Shown: piece by piece, positions 1 to 9,170 of the stretch
Position numbering within the stretch: position 1 is the first letter of the stretch
Layout of the letters: every line of letters begins with the position of its first letter
IMG/VR virus record: IMGVR_UViG_3300037467_003067
Location: 64,001 to 128,000 of that record
DNA length: 64,000 nucleotides
DNA from: a virus
Lineage: Duplodnaviria > Caudoviricetes
Reading direction: 5' to 3' (one strand)
Notes under the pieces: generated by a model
The model's database searches: none
Told to the model about the DNA's origin: nothing
The model's input: only the letters and a program-made list of their open reading frames with translations
Program-made: the position numbers and the translations under genes

Positions 1-2
1 AT

Positions 3-497
3 GCAGTCTTGTACAAGGGCAAAGGATATAGCTCGATGCTCGACGGCAATCAACTCGTCGTCTTCGATTCCCACAATATCTATCGCCACGACCCAACAGC
101 CGATCGCCAGGATACCGGCGACCTCGGCGTAGGCATCGGCGACCGAATCCAATTCAAAGATTCGACCACGGTGGGCAAGGTGGTCAATCTGGAACTCCCC
201 AGACCAGGTCAATCCCAGGACTATCTCGCCTTCTTCGGTCCCTACAAATACTCCTTCACCCTGAAGGACATTAAAAATCCTGATGACTTCATTGCCAGGT
301 ACACGCCTATAATCAAGACCAAGATCGAGCAAGACCCCAAGTCCAGGGAGTTTCTCAAAGTCAGAATGCAGAACAGTCAAGGCGAATATGACGCGGAACT
401 CGAAAGGTATGCCAACTACATCGCCAGGAGATTGCTGGATACGATGCCCGATACCTTGGTTGGAAATGTCTACAAAAAAGGGACGAGAATTAAATAA
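3..497 (+). CDS. 5'-truncated hypothetical protein; begins with the tail of a possible ADP-ribosyltransferase-like domain
   Basis: Frame is open from the window edge. KGYSSMLDGNQLVVFDSHNI resembles the GYD..E.VVF..I end of phage ART-like domains. Confidence 0.45.
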   Translation, partial: AVLYKGKGYSSMLDGNQLVVFDSHNIYRHDPTADRQDTGDLGVGIGDRIQFKDSTTVGKVVNLELPRPGQSQDYLAFFGPYKYSFTLKDIKNPDDFIARYTPIIKTKIEQDPKSREFLKVRMQNSQGEYDAELERYANYIARRLLDTMPDTLVGNVYKKGTRIK

Positions 498-559
498 AAA
501 TCAAGTTCGTCCCAAATATGTTTAAGCTATATTTATTTTAACATAAACCAGGGGGCGGC

Positions 560-1447
560 ATGATCGAATTAAGCAATGGACATAAGTTCAGTTTTCAATG
601 CGCATCAGGAGCCTTGGGCTTCGACGGACTCGGATACTTCTGGGAATATCCCCTAAGGTGGCTCGGTCTCATCGACCCAACCCAATTCACCGTCGTCGCC
701 AAGACCGTCACGCTCAATCCCAGAGAAGGCAACCTCAGCATGTGGCACCCCTGGACCTGCGTCCGACTGCTCCCCGAAGGCACGGTCAACAGCGTCGGTC
801 TCACCAACCCCGGTCTCGAAACCTGGATTGAAACCTATTACCCACGCGCCCAAAAGAAAGGCTACGACCTCGCCGCATCCGTCGAATCCGATAGCTGGGA
901 AGACGCCTTCGTCATCGGCACCTTCCTCGCCGATTGCGACCTTAAATTCATCGAAGTCAACGTAAGTTGCCCGAACGTAGGTAAAATGACGCCTGCTGAT
1001 ATGGTCACAAAAGTTATCAAAGGATTAAAGGAATCTTGCCCCAAGCATCCCGTCATCCTCAAGATGTCCTTCCAGCAAACACAAGATGAACAACTCGTGA
1101 CCAAATTGGGGCAACTCGACGAGATCGAGGCAGTCCATGTTATCAACTCCGTGCCCTGGGAAGTCATCTTCCCCGACCAACCCTCGCCCCTGGAGAAGTA
1201 CAACCTCACAGGTGGTGTCAGCGGTACGTACATCCACAGCCTCGCCAGGACCGCTGTGAGGAACATCAAAAGACTGATCCCCAACAAGCCGGTCGTTGCG
1301 GGCGGCGGGATCTACTCCCTCCAAGAAATAAGCAATTTCAAATATGATGGGGCATCCGCATATTCCTTCGGAACGCTCTTCCTCAGGAAACCTTGGATGC
1401 CCAACCAAATCATCAAGCAGATCAAGAACTACGAGGCGTGGCTTTAA
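560..1447 (+). CDS. pyrD: dihydroorotate dehydrogenase, family 1
   Basis: Motifs ASG, KTVT..PR.GN, NSVGLTNPG, EVNVSCPN, GGVSG, GGGI. Confidence 0.9.
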   Translation: MIELSNGHKFSFQCASGALGFDGLGYFWEYPLRWLGLIDPTQFTVVAKTVTLNPREGNLSMWHPWTCVRLLPEGTVNSVGLTNPGLETWIETYYPRAQKKGYDLAASVESDSWEDAFVIGTFLADCDLKFIEVNVSCPNVGKMTPADMVTKVIKGLKESCPKHPVILKMSFQQTQDEQLVTKLGQLDEIEAVHVINSVPWEVIFPDQPSPLEKYNLTGGVSGTYIHSLARTAVRNIKRLIPNKPVVAGGGIYSLQEISNFKYDGASAYSFGTLFLRKPWMPNQIIKQIKNYEAWL

Positions 1448-1869
1448 ATCGTGCCGCCCGTGTCGCCCGCATTCGGAACAATCATGTTGTTCATCGACAG
1501 GTCGGGCGGGCGACCAGTTGGCACATTGCCAGGGACATTCCCCAAGCCCGGTCCCTGACCCGGTGGGCTATTACTCAGGTCGATAAGATGGGTCCACCGC
1601 GTGGACACCTTCTGACGGATCTCCTGCTTGACGCCGTTGGGAACCTGCGGATCAGACATCACGGCATTCACAATCGCATTGAGAATCTGCGAACCCGTAG
1701 GACCATTCAACGCGCTAGAAATCGACGCCGATAAGTCCTTGAATGCCATCTGAAGTCTGCTGGAATAGGGCGCAATCTGACCCGCACCATTCCCGATCGG
1801 CGCGGATACCCCACTATTATCATTCATATCTTCACGCAAACGAACATACTGACCGAATGTTTTTATCAA
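1444..1869 (-). CDS. hypothetical protein with capsid-targeting-like N-terminus
   Basis: SD AGGAG upstream of TTG; N-terminus MIKTFGQYVRLRE. Confidence 0.7.
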   Translation of the reverse strand: MIKTFGQYVRLREDMNDNSGVSAPIGNGAGQIAPYSSRLQMAFKDLSASISSALNGPTGSQILNAIVNAVMSDPQVPNGVKQEIRQKVSTRWTHLIDLSNSPPGQGPGLGNVPGNVPTGRPPDLSMNNMIVPNAGDTGGTI

Positions 1870-2201
1870 TTTTCACTCCTACTGCGAGTTTCTACACGTA
1901 GATGTATAACTATGGTTATCGGGCTTGCCTTAGAAATCAGTTTTGCCCTGAAATCTAATTTTTGGCAACTGAAATTGAGTCACAAGAATAATTGCGATCA
2001 GCCCTAGATCAGTAATAACTACTCTAGCGAGTTTTGGTTTTTCGAGCAAGATCAATATTTGCCTGAAAAATCATATCCAAGAATTGATTCTTGGACAAAG
2101 TCCTAGTCCTAGTTATGAGTAAACTTGTTAAAAGTTAACTCTATGACACTATATATGCCTTACACGCTGCTGTTAGTTAAACGCTTAGGAGCAAATAAAA
2201 T

Positions 2202-4082
2202 ATGCGAAGAAATTTAATTAAGTGGGAAGCGTTTGAAAGAATCCAGAAGGATTCTTTGTCGGCGGCTGAGCACGAACTGTTCGAAGCATCGGAAGTCCTC
2301 GCTGAGGCTTTGGGCGTCGATCAACTTGGTCTCAACTGCTACAGCGATTCAAACGTTATCTACGAAACTCTGGACAATACCTATGTCCGAGCAGATTATG
2401 CCCTTTCCCATGACCACCTGACCTTCGAAAACATCGAAGAACTGGTCATCGACGAGGAAACCGCCGCAGAGGCAAGCAAGCAAAAGATCTCCGACCTGGT
2501 CGAGGCGATCCTGTCTAACGAGAGCCAAAAGGCTGACCAGATCCTTTCCGATTACATGTCCTCACCCGACGTTCGCAAGACCCTCATGGAAGGTCGTAAA
2601 GCCGGTTTCGTTCGCGACAAGAGCGAAGTCAAAGCCGCTGCCAAGACCAAGTCCAAGAACGCCGGAAAGTCCTTCATCAAGGCTCGCAAGCGATTGCTTG
2701 ATGCCGCTCCTGATGCCAACACCGGACCCCGCCTCAAGCGAGGAACCTTCGGTAGCATCAAGAATGACCCCAAAGGATATCAGAAGCGATACTGGAAGAC
2801 CCGTGGCAAGAAGCAAGGTCGTAACGTCATCAACGCTCAGGGCAAGGTCGAGAAAAAGAAGCACTGTATGAAGGAATTCTACAGCCTCGCCGAAAACGTC
2901 CTCGGCTTCGTTCACTACCACAACTTCGGTCCCCTTCTCCAAGAATCCGTCATCCATCGCGATCAGAAAGGTAACGTCGTCGCTGTCAAGATGCCGACCC
3001 TCAAGATCCGAAATGAGAACCGCATCCTGACCCTCAACCACAAGCACCAAATCGACAGCGATGTCAAAGTCGTGCGTGAAGAGGCTCACGGACTCGCGAC
3101 CGATGTCCGATTCTGCAAGGCTGTTGCCGAACTCAAGCGACACAACAACTTCTCGGATAATGAAGCCCTCAAGGAATGCCTCAACAACCTCGTTGGGCAG
3201 TTCCCCAGCGTGCTTTACCTCTCCCAGACCGAACTGTCGCACACCGTCGCCGAAGCCCTCGACACCGCTGGTGTCGCCAACTACGACGACCAGACCTGCG
3301 ACTTCATCGCCGAAGGTATCCTCCGCACCGCTTACGATGTCTTCGGAGATCGCGTCGAGCGAATCCTGCGATTCGCCCAAGCCGATGTCCAGACTGAAGG
3401 CGATGCCTACGTACACTTCCAAGATGTTGTTCATAAGTTCTTCCCAACACTTGACGAAAACTACACGTTACAGATGCAGGTCTTCACCGACCTCTTCAAC
3501 GCTGTCAACGAAGTGTGGGGACTCGCAACAGAGGCGGGCGACGCTGCTACCGTCAAGGACGCCGAGACCATCCTCGAAGAACTCTCCGCGATCGTCGATG
3601 GACAGGCTACCGCCGATATCAACCTCGCCGAAGAAGTCGCCGAATGGCTCGCTCAGTATGTCGAGAGCAACCTCGAAGGCGGCGAATGGCAGATCCCTGG
3701 ACCGCACGTCACCATCAATGGCGACCACCCGGCGATGAACGACAAGGCTCGCAAAAGCTACAGTCCCGCTCAGGACGCTGGAGCCGATGCCGAGGCTTGG
3801 CACAACCGAGCCACAGAAAAGCAGTTCACCGGTTCCATGTGGACCAACGTGGGCGGCGAAGGCATCTTCCCAAACCTCAACAATCCTTACATCCCTAAGC
3901 CGTTCGGTGACTACACCATGAAGGGCGAGAAGGGCGTCGATAAGGACAACGGCGGCGAAGGCACCTGGCAGGATAGCAACACCTGGCCAAACCTGACCAA
4001 TCCCAACGTTCCCAAGGCAGAAACGCCCAAGAGCTACAAGATGAAGAACGGTCCGGAAACCGACTTGGTTGTTGATAAGTAA
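2202..4082 (+). CDS. putative prohead core/head assembly protein
   Basis: 626 aa, strong SD, codon bias like the capsid gene, directly upstream of the prohead protease; function inferred from position only. Confidence 0.55.
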   Translation: MRRNLIKWEAFERIQKDSLSAAEHELFEASEVLAEALGVDQLGLNCYSDSNVIYETLDNTYVRADYALSHDHLTFENIEELVIDEETAAEASKQKISDLVEAILSNESQKADQILSDYMSSPDVRKTLMEGRKAGFVRDKSEVKAAAKTKSKNAGKSFIKARKRLLDAAPDANTGPRLKRGTFGSIKNDPKGYQKRYWKTRGKKQGRNVINAQGKVEKKKHCMKEFYSLAENVLGFVHYHNFGPLLQESVIHRDQKGNVVAVKMPTLKIRNENRILTLNHKHQIDSDVKVVREEAHGLATDVRFCKAVAELKRHNNFSDNEALKECLNNLVGQFPSVLYLSQTELSHTVAEALDTAGVANYDDQTCDFIAEGILRTAYDVFGDRVERILRFAQADVQTEGDAYVHFQDVVHKFFPTLDENYTLQMQVFTDLFNAVNEVWGLATEAGDAATVKDAETILEELSAIVDGQATADINLAEEVAEWLAQYVESNLEGGEWQIPGPHVTINGDHPAMNDKARKSYSPAQDAGADAEAWHNRATEKQFTGSMWTNVGGEGIFPNLNNPYIPKPFGDYTMKGEKGVDKDNGGEGTWQDSNTWPNLTNPNVPKAETPKSYKMKNGPETDLVVDK

Positions 4083-4089
4083 TCTTTAA

Positions 4090-4872
4090 ATGGAGGTCAG
4101 GAGAGTGAACAATAAATGGAACAATGTTGATGTGAGCCTACAAGTGGCGAACAACATCGAACTCCTGCTCCCCCTAAACGAGAACTACCATGAGGGACAT
4201 CAATACCTCATGGTAGACTCGTGCCAAGGCGGCGGGTTTTTTCTCGACCTTCTGGAATCCACCAACGGTGGTCGTAGGACCAAATTCCGTGGCAAGTTCC
4301 AGGAAGCAGAAGCCGTAAACAAAAACAAGAGAATGTATCCATATAGCATTCTTGATGAGAATATCGGGCGACTCCAAGAGACCATCACCGCTGGTGGACT
4401 CGTCGGAGAACTCGACCACCCGACCGACTCCATCATCCACTTCGCTAACGCCTCCCACAAAATTACTAAGTTGTGGTGGGATGGCAATGTGCTGATGGGA
4501 GAAGGCGAAATTCTCGGCACGCCACATGGAATGATCCTCAAGGCTCTCATCGACGACGACGTTCGGGTCGGCATTAGTAGCCGAGGCGTCGGAAACGGTA
4601 AGGTCAACGAGGATGGTATCCTGGTTATCGGCGAATCCTATAAGCTGATTACCTTCGATGCCGTCGCTGACCCCAGCACCTTCCAGGCATTTCAGAAGGA
4701 AATCGTCGGAAACAAGCGAGAAAGCTATGTCCCACGAAATTCCGATAATAATACAAAAAATGTTCATAGCAGCATATATAACGTACGCAAAGAACAAGTT
4801 ATAGCTTGCTTGGGCGGCATTGTTAAAACACAAACCAATGAAATAAAGGCGAGGTTAAATAATAATGGATAA
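4090..4872 (+). CDS. gp21: prohead core protease (T4 gp21-like)
   Basis: NKNKRMYP, GELDHP, VGISSRGVG, FDAVADPS motifs; synteny. Confidence 0.92.
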   Translation: MEVRRVNNKWNNVDVSLQVANNIELLLPLNENYHEGHQYLMVDSCQGGGFFLDLLESTNGGRRTKFRGKFQEAEAVNKNKRMYPYSILDENIGRLQETITAGGLVGELDHPTDSIIHFANASHKITKLWWDGNVLMGEGEILGTPHGMILKALIDDDVRVGISSRGVGNGKVNEDGILVIGESYKLITFDAVADPSTFQAFQKEIVGNKRESYVPRNSDNNTKNVHSSIYNVRKEQVIACLGGIVKTQTNEIKARLNNNG

Positions 4873-5779
4873 GGTTTTGGAAGCGTTGAAGCACTTGCTG
4901 CCGGAAGACAGCGTGAAGGAGATCTCCGAAGCGGTCTCAGGCATTCTTGAAGACGCCAAGAAAGAAATCGGAGATGAGTTCAACACCAAGCTAGAGGAAG
5001 CTTATGCTGATCTGGCTAAGGAGTTGGGCGATGCCGAGAAGACGGCTGAAGAAGGTTACACGGAAGCCTGGGGTATCATCCAGGATCTCCGCAACCGACT
5101 CGAAGCCCAGAAGGGCGAATTCGAAAAGGCTCTCGAAGATGGATATGCTGAAGCTTATGAGCTGATCCAGACCGAGAAGCAGAAGAATGAGAACCTGACC
5201 GCCGAGTTGTACGAAGAGTATGACCGTCGCCTCAAGGAAATGAAGGGATACATCGTCGAAAAGGTCGACGAATTCCTCAAGTTCCAGGGTGCCTCGATCT
5301 ACGAACAGGCTCGCCGCGATGTTCTCAATGACCCCCGCATGGCTGAACACAAGGTCACCCTCGACAAGATCGTCGACCTCGCCGTTAACTATGCCAGCGA
5401 CGAAGACTTCGCCTTCGCCAATAACAGCAAGCTCGAAGAAATGGCTCGCTCCGTCGACCAGTTGAAGTCTCAGGTTCGCCTTCTCGAAGGTCGTAACGTG
5501 AAGCTCTCAACCGAAAACACCAAGCTCAACGAACAGGTCCGCGCCGCCGCTGAAGTTATCACGGAAGCACGTGAACATAACTTGAAGATTGAGAGGAAAG
5601 AAAGAGTTAAGAATGGCAAGAACGCAAGTGGGAGAGGTAGCCTGATTGCCGAAGGTGTCATGCCCGAACCGCGTCACACCGCCAGCGAAGGCTCAAACGA
5701 TAGTGCGATCAATGAGAACACCAGCCCAGAACTTCATGAGATGCAAGTCCTTGCTGGGTTGAAGAAAGTTTCTTATTAA
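4865..5779 (+). CDS. gp22: prohead scaffolding protein (T4 gp22-like)
   Basis: Acidic coiled-coil protein between protease and major capsid gene. Confidence 0.75.
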   Translation: MDKVLEALKHLLPEDSVKEISEAVSGILEDAKKEIGDEFNTKLEEAYADLAKELGDAEKTAEEGYTEAWGIIQDLRNRLEAQKGEFEKALEDGYAEAYELIQTEKQKNENLTAELYEEYDRRLKEMKGYIVEKVDEFLKFQGASIYEQARRDVLNDPRMAEHKVTLDKIVDLAVNYASDEDFAFANNSKLEEMARSVDQLKSQVRLLEGRNVKLSTENTKLNEQVRAAAEVITEAREHNLKIERKERVKNGKNASGRGSLIAEGVMPEPRHTASEGSNDSAINENTSPELHEMQVLAGLKKVSY

Positions 5780-5806
5780 TAATTACTTTTTGGAATAAGG
5801 TAAAAA

Positions 5807-7282
5807 ATGGATATTAATGCTAGATTTTTGAATGAAGCCCGCGAAATCGAAGCTCAGTGGAGCCGAACCGGTCTTCTCGACGGAATTAACGATCGCTTCG
5901 TTCGTTCAACCACTGCCGTTCTTCTTGAGAACCAGAGGCTCATCAACGAAGTAAGCACCGACACCAGCGATATCGCTCAGTTCAAGCGAATCTCGATTCC
6001 CTTGGTCCGACGTATCTACCCCCAGCTTATCGCTAACAAGATCGTATCTGTTCAGCCGTTGCTGGGTCCGACCGGGTTGGTCTACTACCTCCGCTTCCGT
6101 TACAGCAGCAACAAGGGCGCTACCCGTGGTGCTAGCAACAACGGCGGCTTCCCCGGTGACGATGTCAACACGCTGATGCAGCGTGCCTCCGGTGATGCCA
6201 ACCTCGACAATTGGTACACCCACCAGTTCGTTCCCAACGAGGTCACCTCGACCGATGCCGGTAGCGACACTGTGGCTGTCTACGCTCCCCTGGAGCACAC
6301 CCCGATCCTCGGCGGAACCATGACGGGTACGGTTTATGTCGGCACCACCGCCGTCCAGACCTTCGTCGTCCTCGAAAATGGTAACTTCGTCTTCACCGCG
6401 ATCGGCTCGCCGACCACCTACGTCAACGTCAGCGGTGCCGCCAGCGGTACGATCACGGCTGGCTCGGGTGCCTCGCTGAACCTCACCACTGGTGAATTGT
6501 CGTTGACATTCAACAGCGCTCCTAGTTCCAATTATGTCGTAGTTAATTATGAATATAATATGGAATGTAATCAAGATCTCCCGGAGATCAACCTCGTGAT
6601 CGAGTCCGAGGAAATCGCCGCTAAGACCCGTAAGCTGAAGGCTGTTTGGAGCTACGAGGCTCAGCAGGATCTCCGATCCCAGCACAACCTCGACGCCGAA
6701 GCCGAACTGACCGCCGTCTTGGCTCAGGAAATCAACCTCGAAATCGATCGTGAGATTCTCACAGACTTGCGCAATAATGCCGGAACCGTGGCAGCATGGG
6801 ATTTTAATACCGCGCTAGGCGATACCATCAAAGAAAAATATGAAAGCTTGTACGTAAAAGTAGTTGAGCTTTCCGCCGTCGTTCACCGTAAGACCCTCCG
6901 TGGTGGCTGCAACTGGCTCGTTACGTCTCCTGAAGTCGCCTCGATGTTCGAGACCGCGACCGCTGGATTCGCCCCGACCCCCAGCGAAACCTTCACGACC
7001 TCCCTCGGTGTCCAGTACGTCGGAACTATCAACAGCCGATGGCGCTTGTATAAGGACCCCCTCTTCCCGCAGGGTCAAATCCTCGCCGGGTACAAGGGTG
7101 ATAGTTACATGGATTCTGGTTATTTCTATTGTCCATATGTTCCTATGACTCAGACCCCGGTCGTCCTTGATCCCGAAAGCTTTTGCCCACGTAAAGGTAT
7201 CTTAACTCGGTACGGGAAGAAGTTGCTTCGCGAGGGAGCAAAGTTCTACGCGAGACTGAGTATTGCTAACTTCATCATCTAA
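5807..7282 (+). CDS. gp23: major capsid protein (T4 gp23-like) with a beta-rich insertion
   Basis: AVLLENQ, VSVQPLLGPTGL, AKTRKLKAVWS.E.QQDL, EINLEIDREI, FYCPYVP, TRYG motifs. Confidence 0.96.
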   Translation: MDINARFLNEAREIEAQWSRTGLLDGINDRFVRSTTAVLLENQRLINEVSTDTSDIAQFKRISIPLVRRIYPQLIANKIVSVQPLLGPTGLVYYLRFRYSSNKGATRGASNNGGFPGDDVNTLMQRASGDANLDNWYTHQFVPNEVTSTDAGSDTVAVYAPLEHTPILGGTMTGTVYVGTTAVQTFVVLENGNFVFTAIGSPTTYVNVSGAASGTITAGSGASLNLTTGELSLTFNSAPSSNYVVVNYEYNMECNQDLPEINLVIESEEIAAKTRKLKAVWSYEAQQDLRSQHNLDAEAELTAVLAQEINLEIDREILTDLRNNAGTVAAWDFNTALGDTIKEKYESLYVKVVELSAVVHRKTLRGGCNWLVTSPEVASMFETATAGFAPTPSETFTTSLGVQYVGTINSRWRLYKDPLFPQGQILAGYKGDSYMDSGYFYCPYVPMTQTPVVLDPESFCPRKGILTRYGKKLLREGAKFYARLSIANFII

Positions 7283-7312
7283 TATGTTGATGAATTAGCT
7301 ATGAAAACAGAA

Positions 7313-7342
7313 AAACCCTAGGTAGTGACCTACCTAGGGTTT
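7313..7342. terminator. bidirectional intrinsic terminator between gp23 and the tRNA
   Basis: aaaccctaggtag-tgac-ctacctagggttt, perfect 13-bp stem. Confidence 0.8.
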
Positions 7343-7347
7343 GGACG

Positions 7348-7419
7348 TGGAGGCGACGGGACTCGAACCCGTTATTCAGGCATGTCAGGCGAGCGGTTTT
7401 CCAGTTAACCTACGCCCCC
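7348..7419 (-). tRNA. tRNA-Val(GAC), atypical or possibly pseudo
   Basis: Acceptor GGGGGCG/CGCCTCC with A73, D arm GGTT/AACC, T arm ACGGG-TTCGAGT-CCCGT; anticodon stem CTCGC/GCCTG has two mismatches; no encoded CCA. Confidence 0.7.
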
Positions 7420-7435
7420 ACTAGTACAGATATGT

Positions 7436-7476
7436 AACCGGATCATCGAGGTTTATCTCGATGATCCGGTTTTTTT
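7436..7476 (+). terminator. intrinsic terminator
   Basis: aaccggatcatcgag / ctcgatgatccggtt stem followed by a T run. Confidence 0.8.
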
Positions 7477-7484
7477 GTCGAATT

Positions 7485-7560
7485 TTCTGTCCCTGGAAAG
7501 GTATTCTTACTTGCTGGAAAGAAGTTAACCCGAGAGGGAGTCAAGTTTTACGCAAATTCG
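7485..7560 (+). pseudogene. degenerate, frameshifted copy of the gp23 3' end
   Basis: Translates FCPWKGILTC / GKKLTREGVKFYA versus capsid FCPRKGILTRYGKKLLREGAKFYA (7181-7255). Confidence 0.8.
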
Positions 7561-7572
7561 GCAAAAAACATC

Positions 7573-7601
7573 TTGACAGGAAGGCTGATCTTTGGCATTA
7601 T
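7573..7601 (+). promoter_or_regulatory. sigma70-like promoter
   Basis: TTGACA-N17-CATTAT with extended TG, upstream of ORF 7657. Confidence 0.55.
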
Positions 7602-7656
7602 GTGGGAACGCTGATGGCGTGATGAGTTTTCGACACTTTCAATAAGGAGTTAAGGA

Positions 7657-8010
7657 ATGTTCCGAGTCAGATGTCCGCAATGCAGTAATGAGAGAGAGGT
7701 AAAGGTGAAGAAGCCTTGGATGGTAGGCGCTGAACCATACGAGAAGATCTGTAAGTCATGCTGCCAACAGGGTAAAGAGAAGACCGAAGAACACCGAGCT
7801 AAGCTTTCAGAGTCGATCAAAGCGACACAGACCGAGGAAGTGCTAAACCGGAAGAGCCAATACAATCAAGATCATCCGGAAGTTTGGAAAGGTAAGCTTG
7901 TTGCCGGACAAGGGGGAGGGTGGAACAAAGGGTTGTCTCTCCCTGCGCGTGACGAGGAAACTCGTCAGAAAATTTCCAAGTCCATGAAGAACAGGAGAAA
8001 GAACAAATGA
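7657..8010 (+). CDS. Zn-ribbon plus NUMOD3-like DNA-binding protein
   Basis: Two CxxC pairs; KTEEHRAKLSES and WNKG..DEETRQKISKS motifs; SD AAGGAG. Confidence 0.7.
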   Translation: MFRVRCPQCSNEREVKVKKPWMVGAEPYEKICKSCCQQGKEKTEEHRAKLSESIKATQTEEVLNRKSQYNQDHPEVWKGKLVAGQGGGWNKGLSLPARDEETRQKISKSMKNRRKNK

Positions 8011-9119
8011 ACATTACCGAATTCAAAGAGGTTTACAAGAGATTCCAGTCCCGAGATCGAATTACGATTCAATGTGATCGTCCCAACTGCCTGCGGACTG
8101 AATCCCTTAACAAGGATTCCGCAATGGGAAACATCGACCGAAACGGGGAATTCCGTTGTCGCCAATGTTCCTTTACCGATGAAGGGAAAAAGCGGATATC
8201 AGCAGCGACTTCATACAAACGATCCGATGAAGTGAAACAGAAGATGTCGGTTTCTAAGAAGAAGATGTACCAAACAGAAAAGGGGCAAGAAATGCGGAAG
8301 CATTTATCTCGGGCGGCTGCTAATCAACATGCAAATATGAACATTGAAACAACTAGGAGAAGAGGTCTCTTTCCATCAAAGAAGAATAATGACTTCAGGG
8401 TATATGGATCTTCATACGAGTTGAAGGCAGCTATCCTTCTGGAAGCTGACGATTTGGTCTTGAGCTACCAGTCTCAGGTTTATTATGAGATTGAGGAGCG
8501 TGCTCGAAGTATGGACCTTATTATTTATTATAAGGATGGAAGAAGATTGGCTGTTGAGATTAAGGCGAAAGCTCGTCTTCACGAAGAATCTGTTGTCGCT
8601 CAAATCAATGACGGCAGAAATTATGCCAAGTCTCAAGGATATGAGTTCGTCGTTTGGACCGAACAAGACCTGGGCTTCAAAAGCCCGCACGAGGCAACCA
8701 AATGGGCAGATGAGTACATTTCCAAGATGACTTCCGTTGATTATGTGAAAATCAGAAGACAGAGGAATGCCCAAAAGGCGGTAAAACATTACCACGAGAA
8801 ATTGAAATCTCAGATCCAGGTGTATTGTTCTTATTGCGGCGAAGACCATACGCTCAGAGAAGAGCAGTATCTAGATAACATCGAAAAGAACGGCCGGTAT
8901 ATCTGCATTAAAGAAAATGGAGCGATTGTGGGGAGTCGGTCTAAGGTGGACCGCAACCCCTATCATGCCGAGGGCAAGAAAAAGTGCAGTGGGGAATGTA
9001 AATTGGTCTTGCCCCTGGAGGACTTCAGCGTGAGCAACAAGGCGACCGGACAGAGGTGTAGTCAGTGCAAGAAATGTCGTGCGGCAAGGGCGACGAAGAA
9101 ATACAGGGAAAAGGAGTAA
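8007..9119 (+). CDS. putative homing endonuclease (NUMOD3-like repeats, TnsA-like PD-(D/E)XK domain, Zn fingers)
   Basis: SSYE...MDLIIYYKDG..AVEIK...FVVWTE; several CxxC motifs. Confidence 0.7.
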   Translation: MNITEFKEVYKRFQSRDRITIQCDRPNCLRTESLNKDSAMGNIDRNGEFRCRQCSFTDEGKKRISAATSYKRSDEVKQKMSVSKKKMYQTEKGQEMRKHLSRAAANQHANMNIETTRRRGLFPSKKNNDFRVYGSSYELKAAILLEADDLVLSYQSQVYYEIEERARSMDLIIYYKDGRRLAVEIKAKARLHEESVVAQINDGRNYAKSQGYEFVVWTEQDLGFKSPHEATKWADEYISKMTSVDYVKIRRQRNAQKAVKHYHEKLKSQIQVYCSYCGEDHTLREEQYLDNIEKNGRYICIKENGAIVGSRSKVDRNPYHAEGKKKCSGECKLVLPLEDFSVSNKATGQRCSQCKKCRAARATKKYREKE

Positions 9120-9130
9120 TTTCGTTCTCA

Positions 9131-9170
9131 AATGACGTATCGTGAATTTTAAAATTCACGATACGTCATT
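9131..9170. repeat. perfect 40-bp palindrome between convergent genes
   Basis: aatgacgtatcgtgaatttt|aaaattcacgatacgtcatt. Confidence 0.9.

Noticed and set aside
2562-6685. Long antisense and alternate-frame ORFs (e.g. 2562-3434, 3061-3738, 5906-6685)
   Set aside because: Shadows of codon-biased real genes, with no motifs or RBS.
5807-7282. Intron or intein in gp23
   Set aside because: The frame is continuous, and the insertion lacks intein splice motifs or an endonuclease domain.
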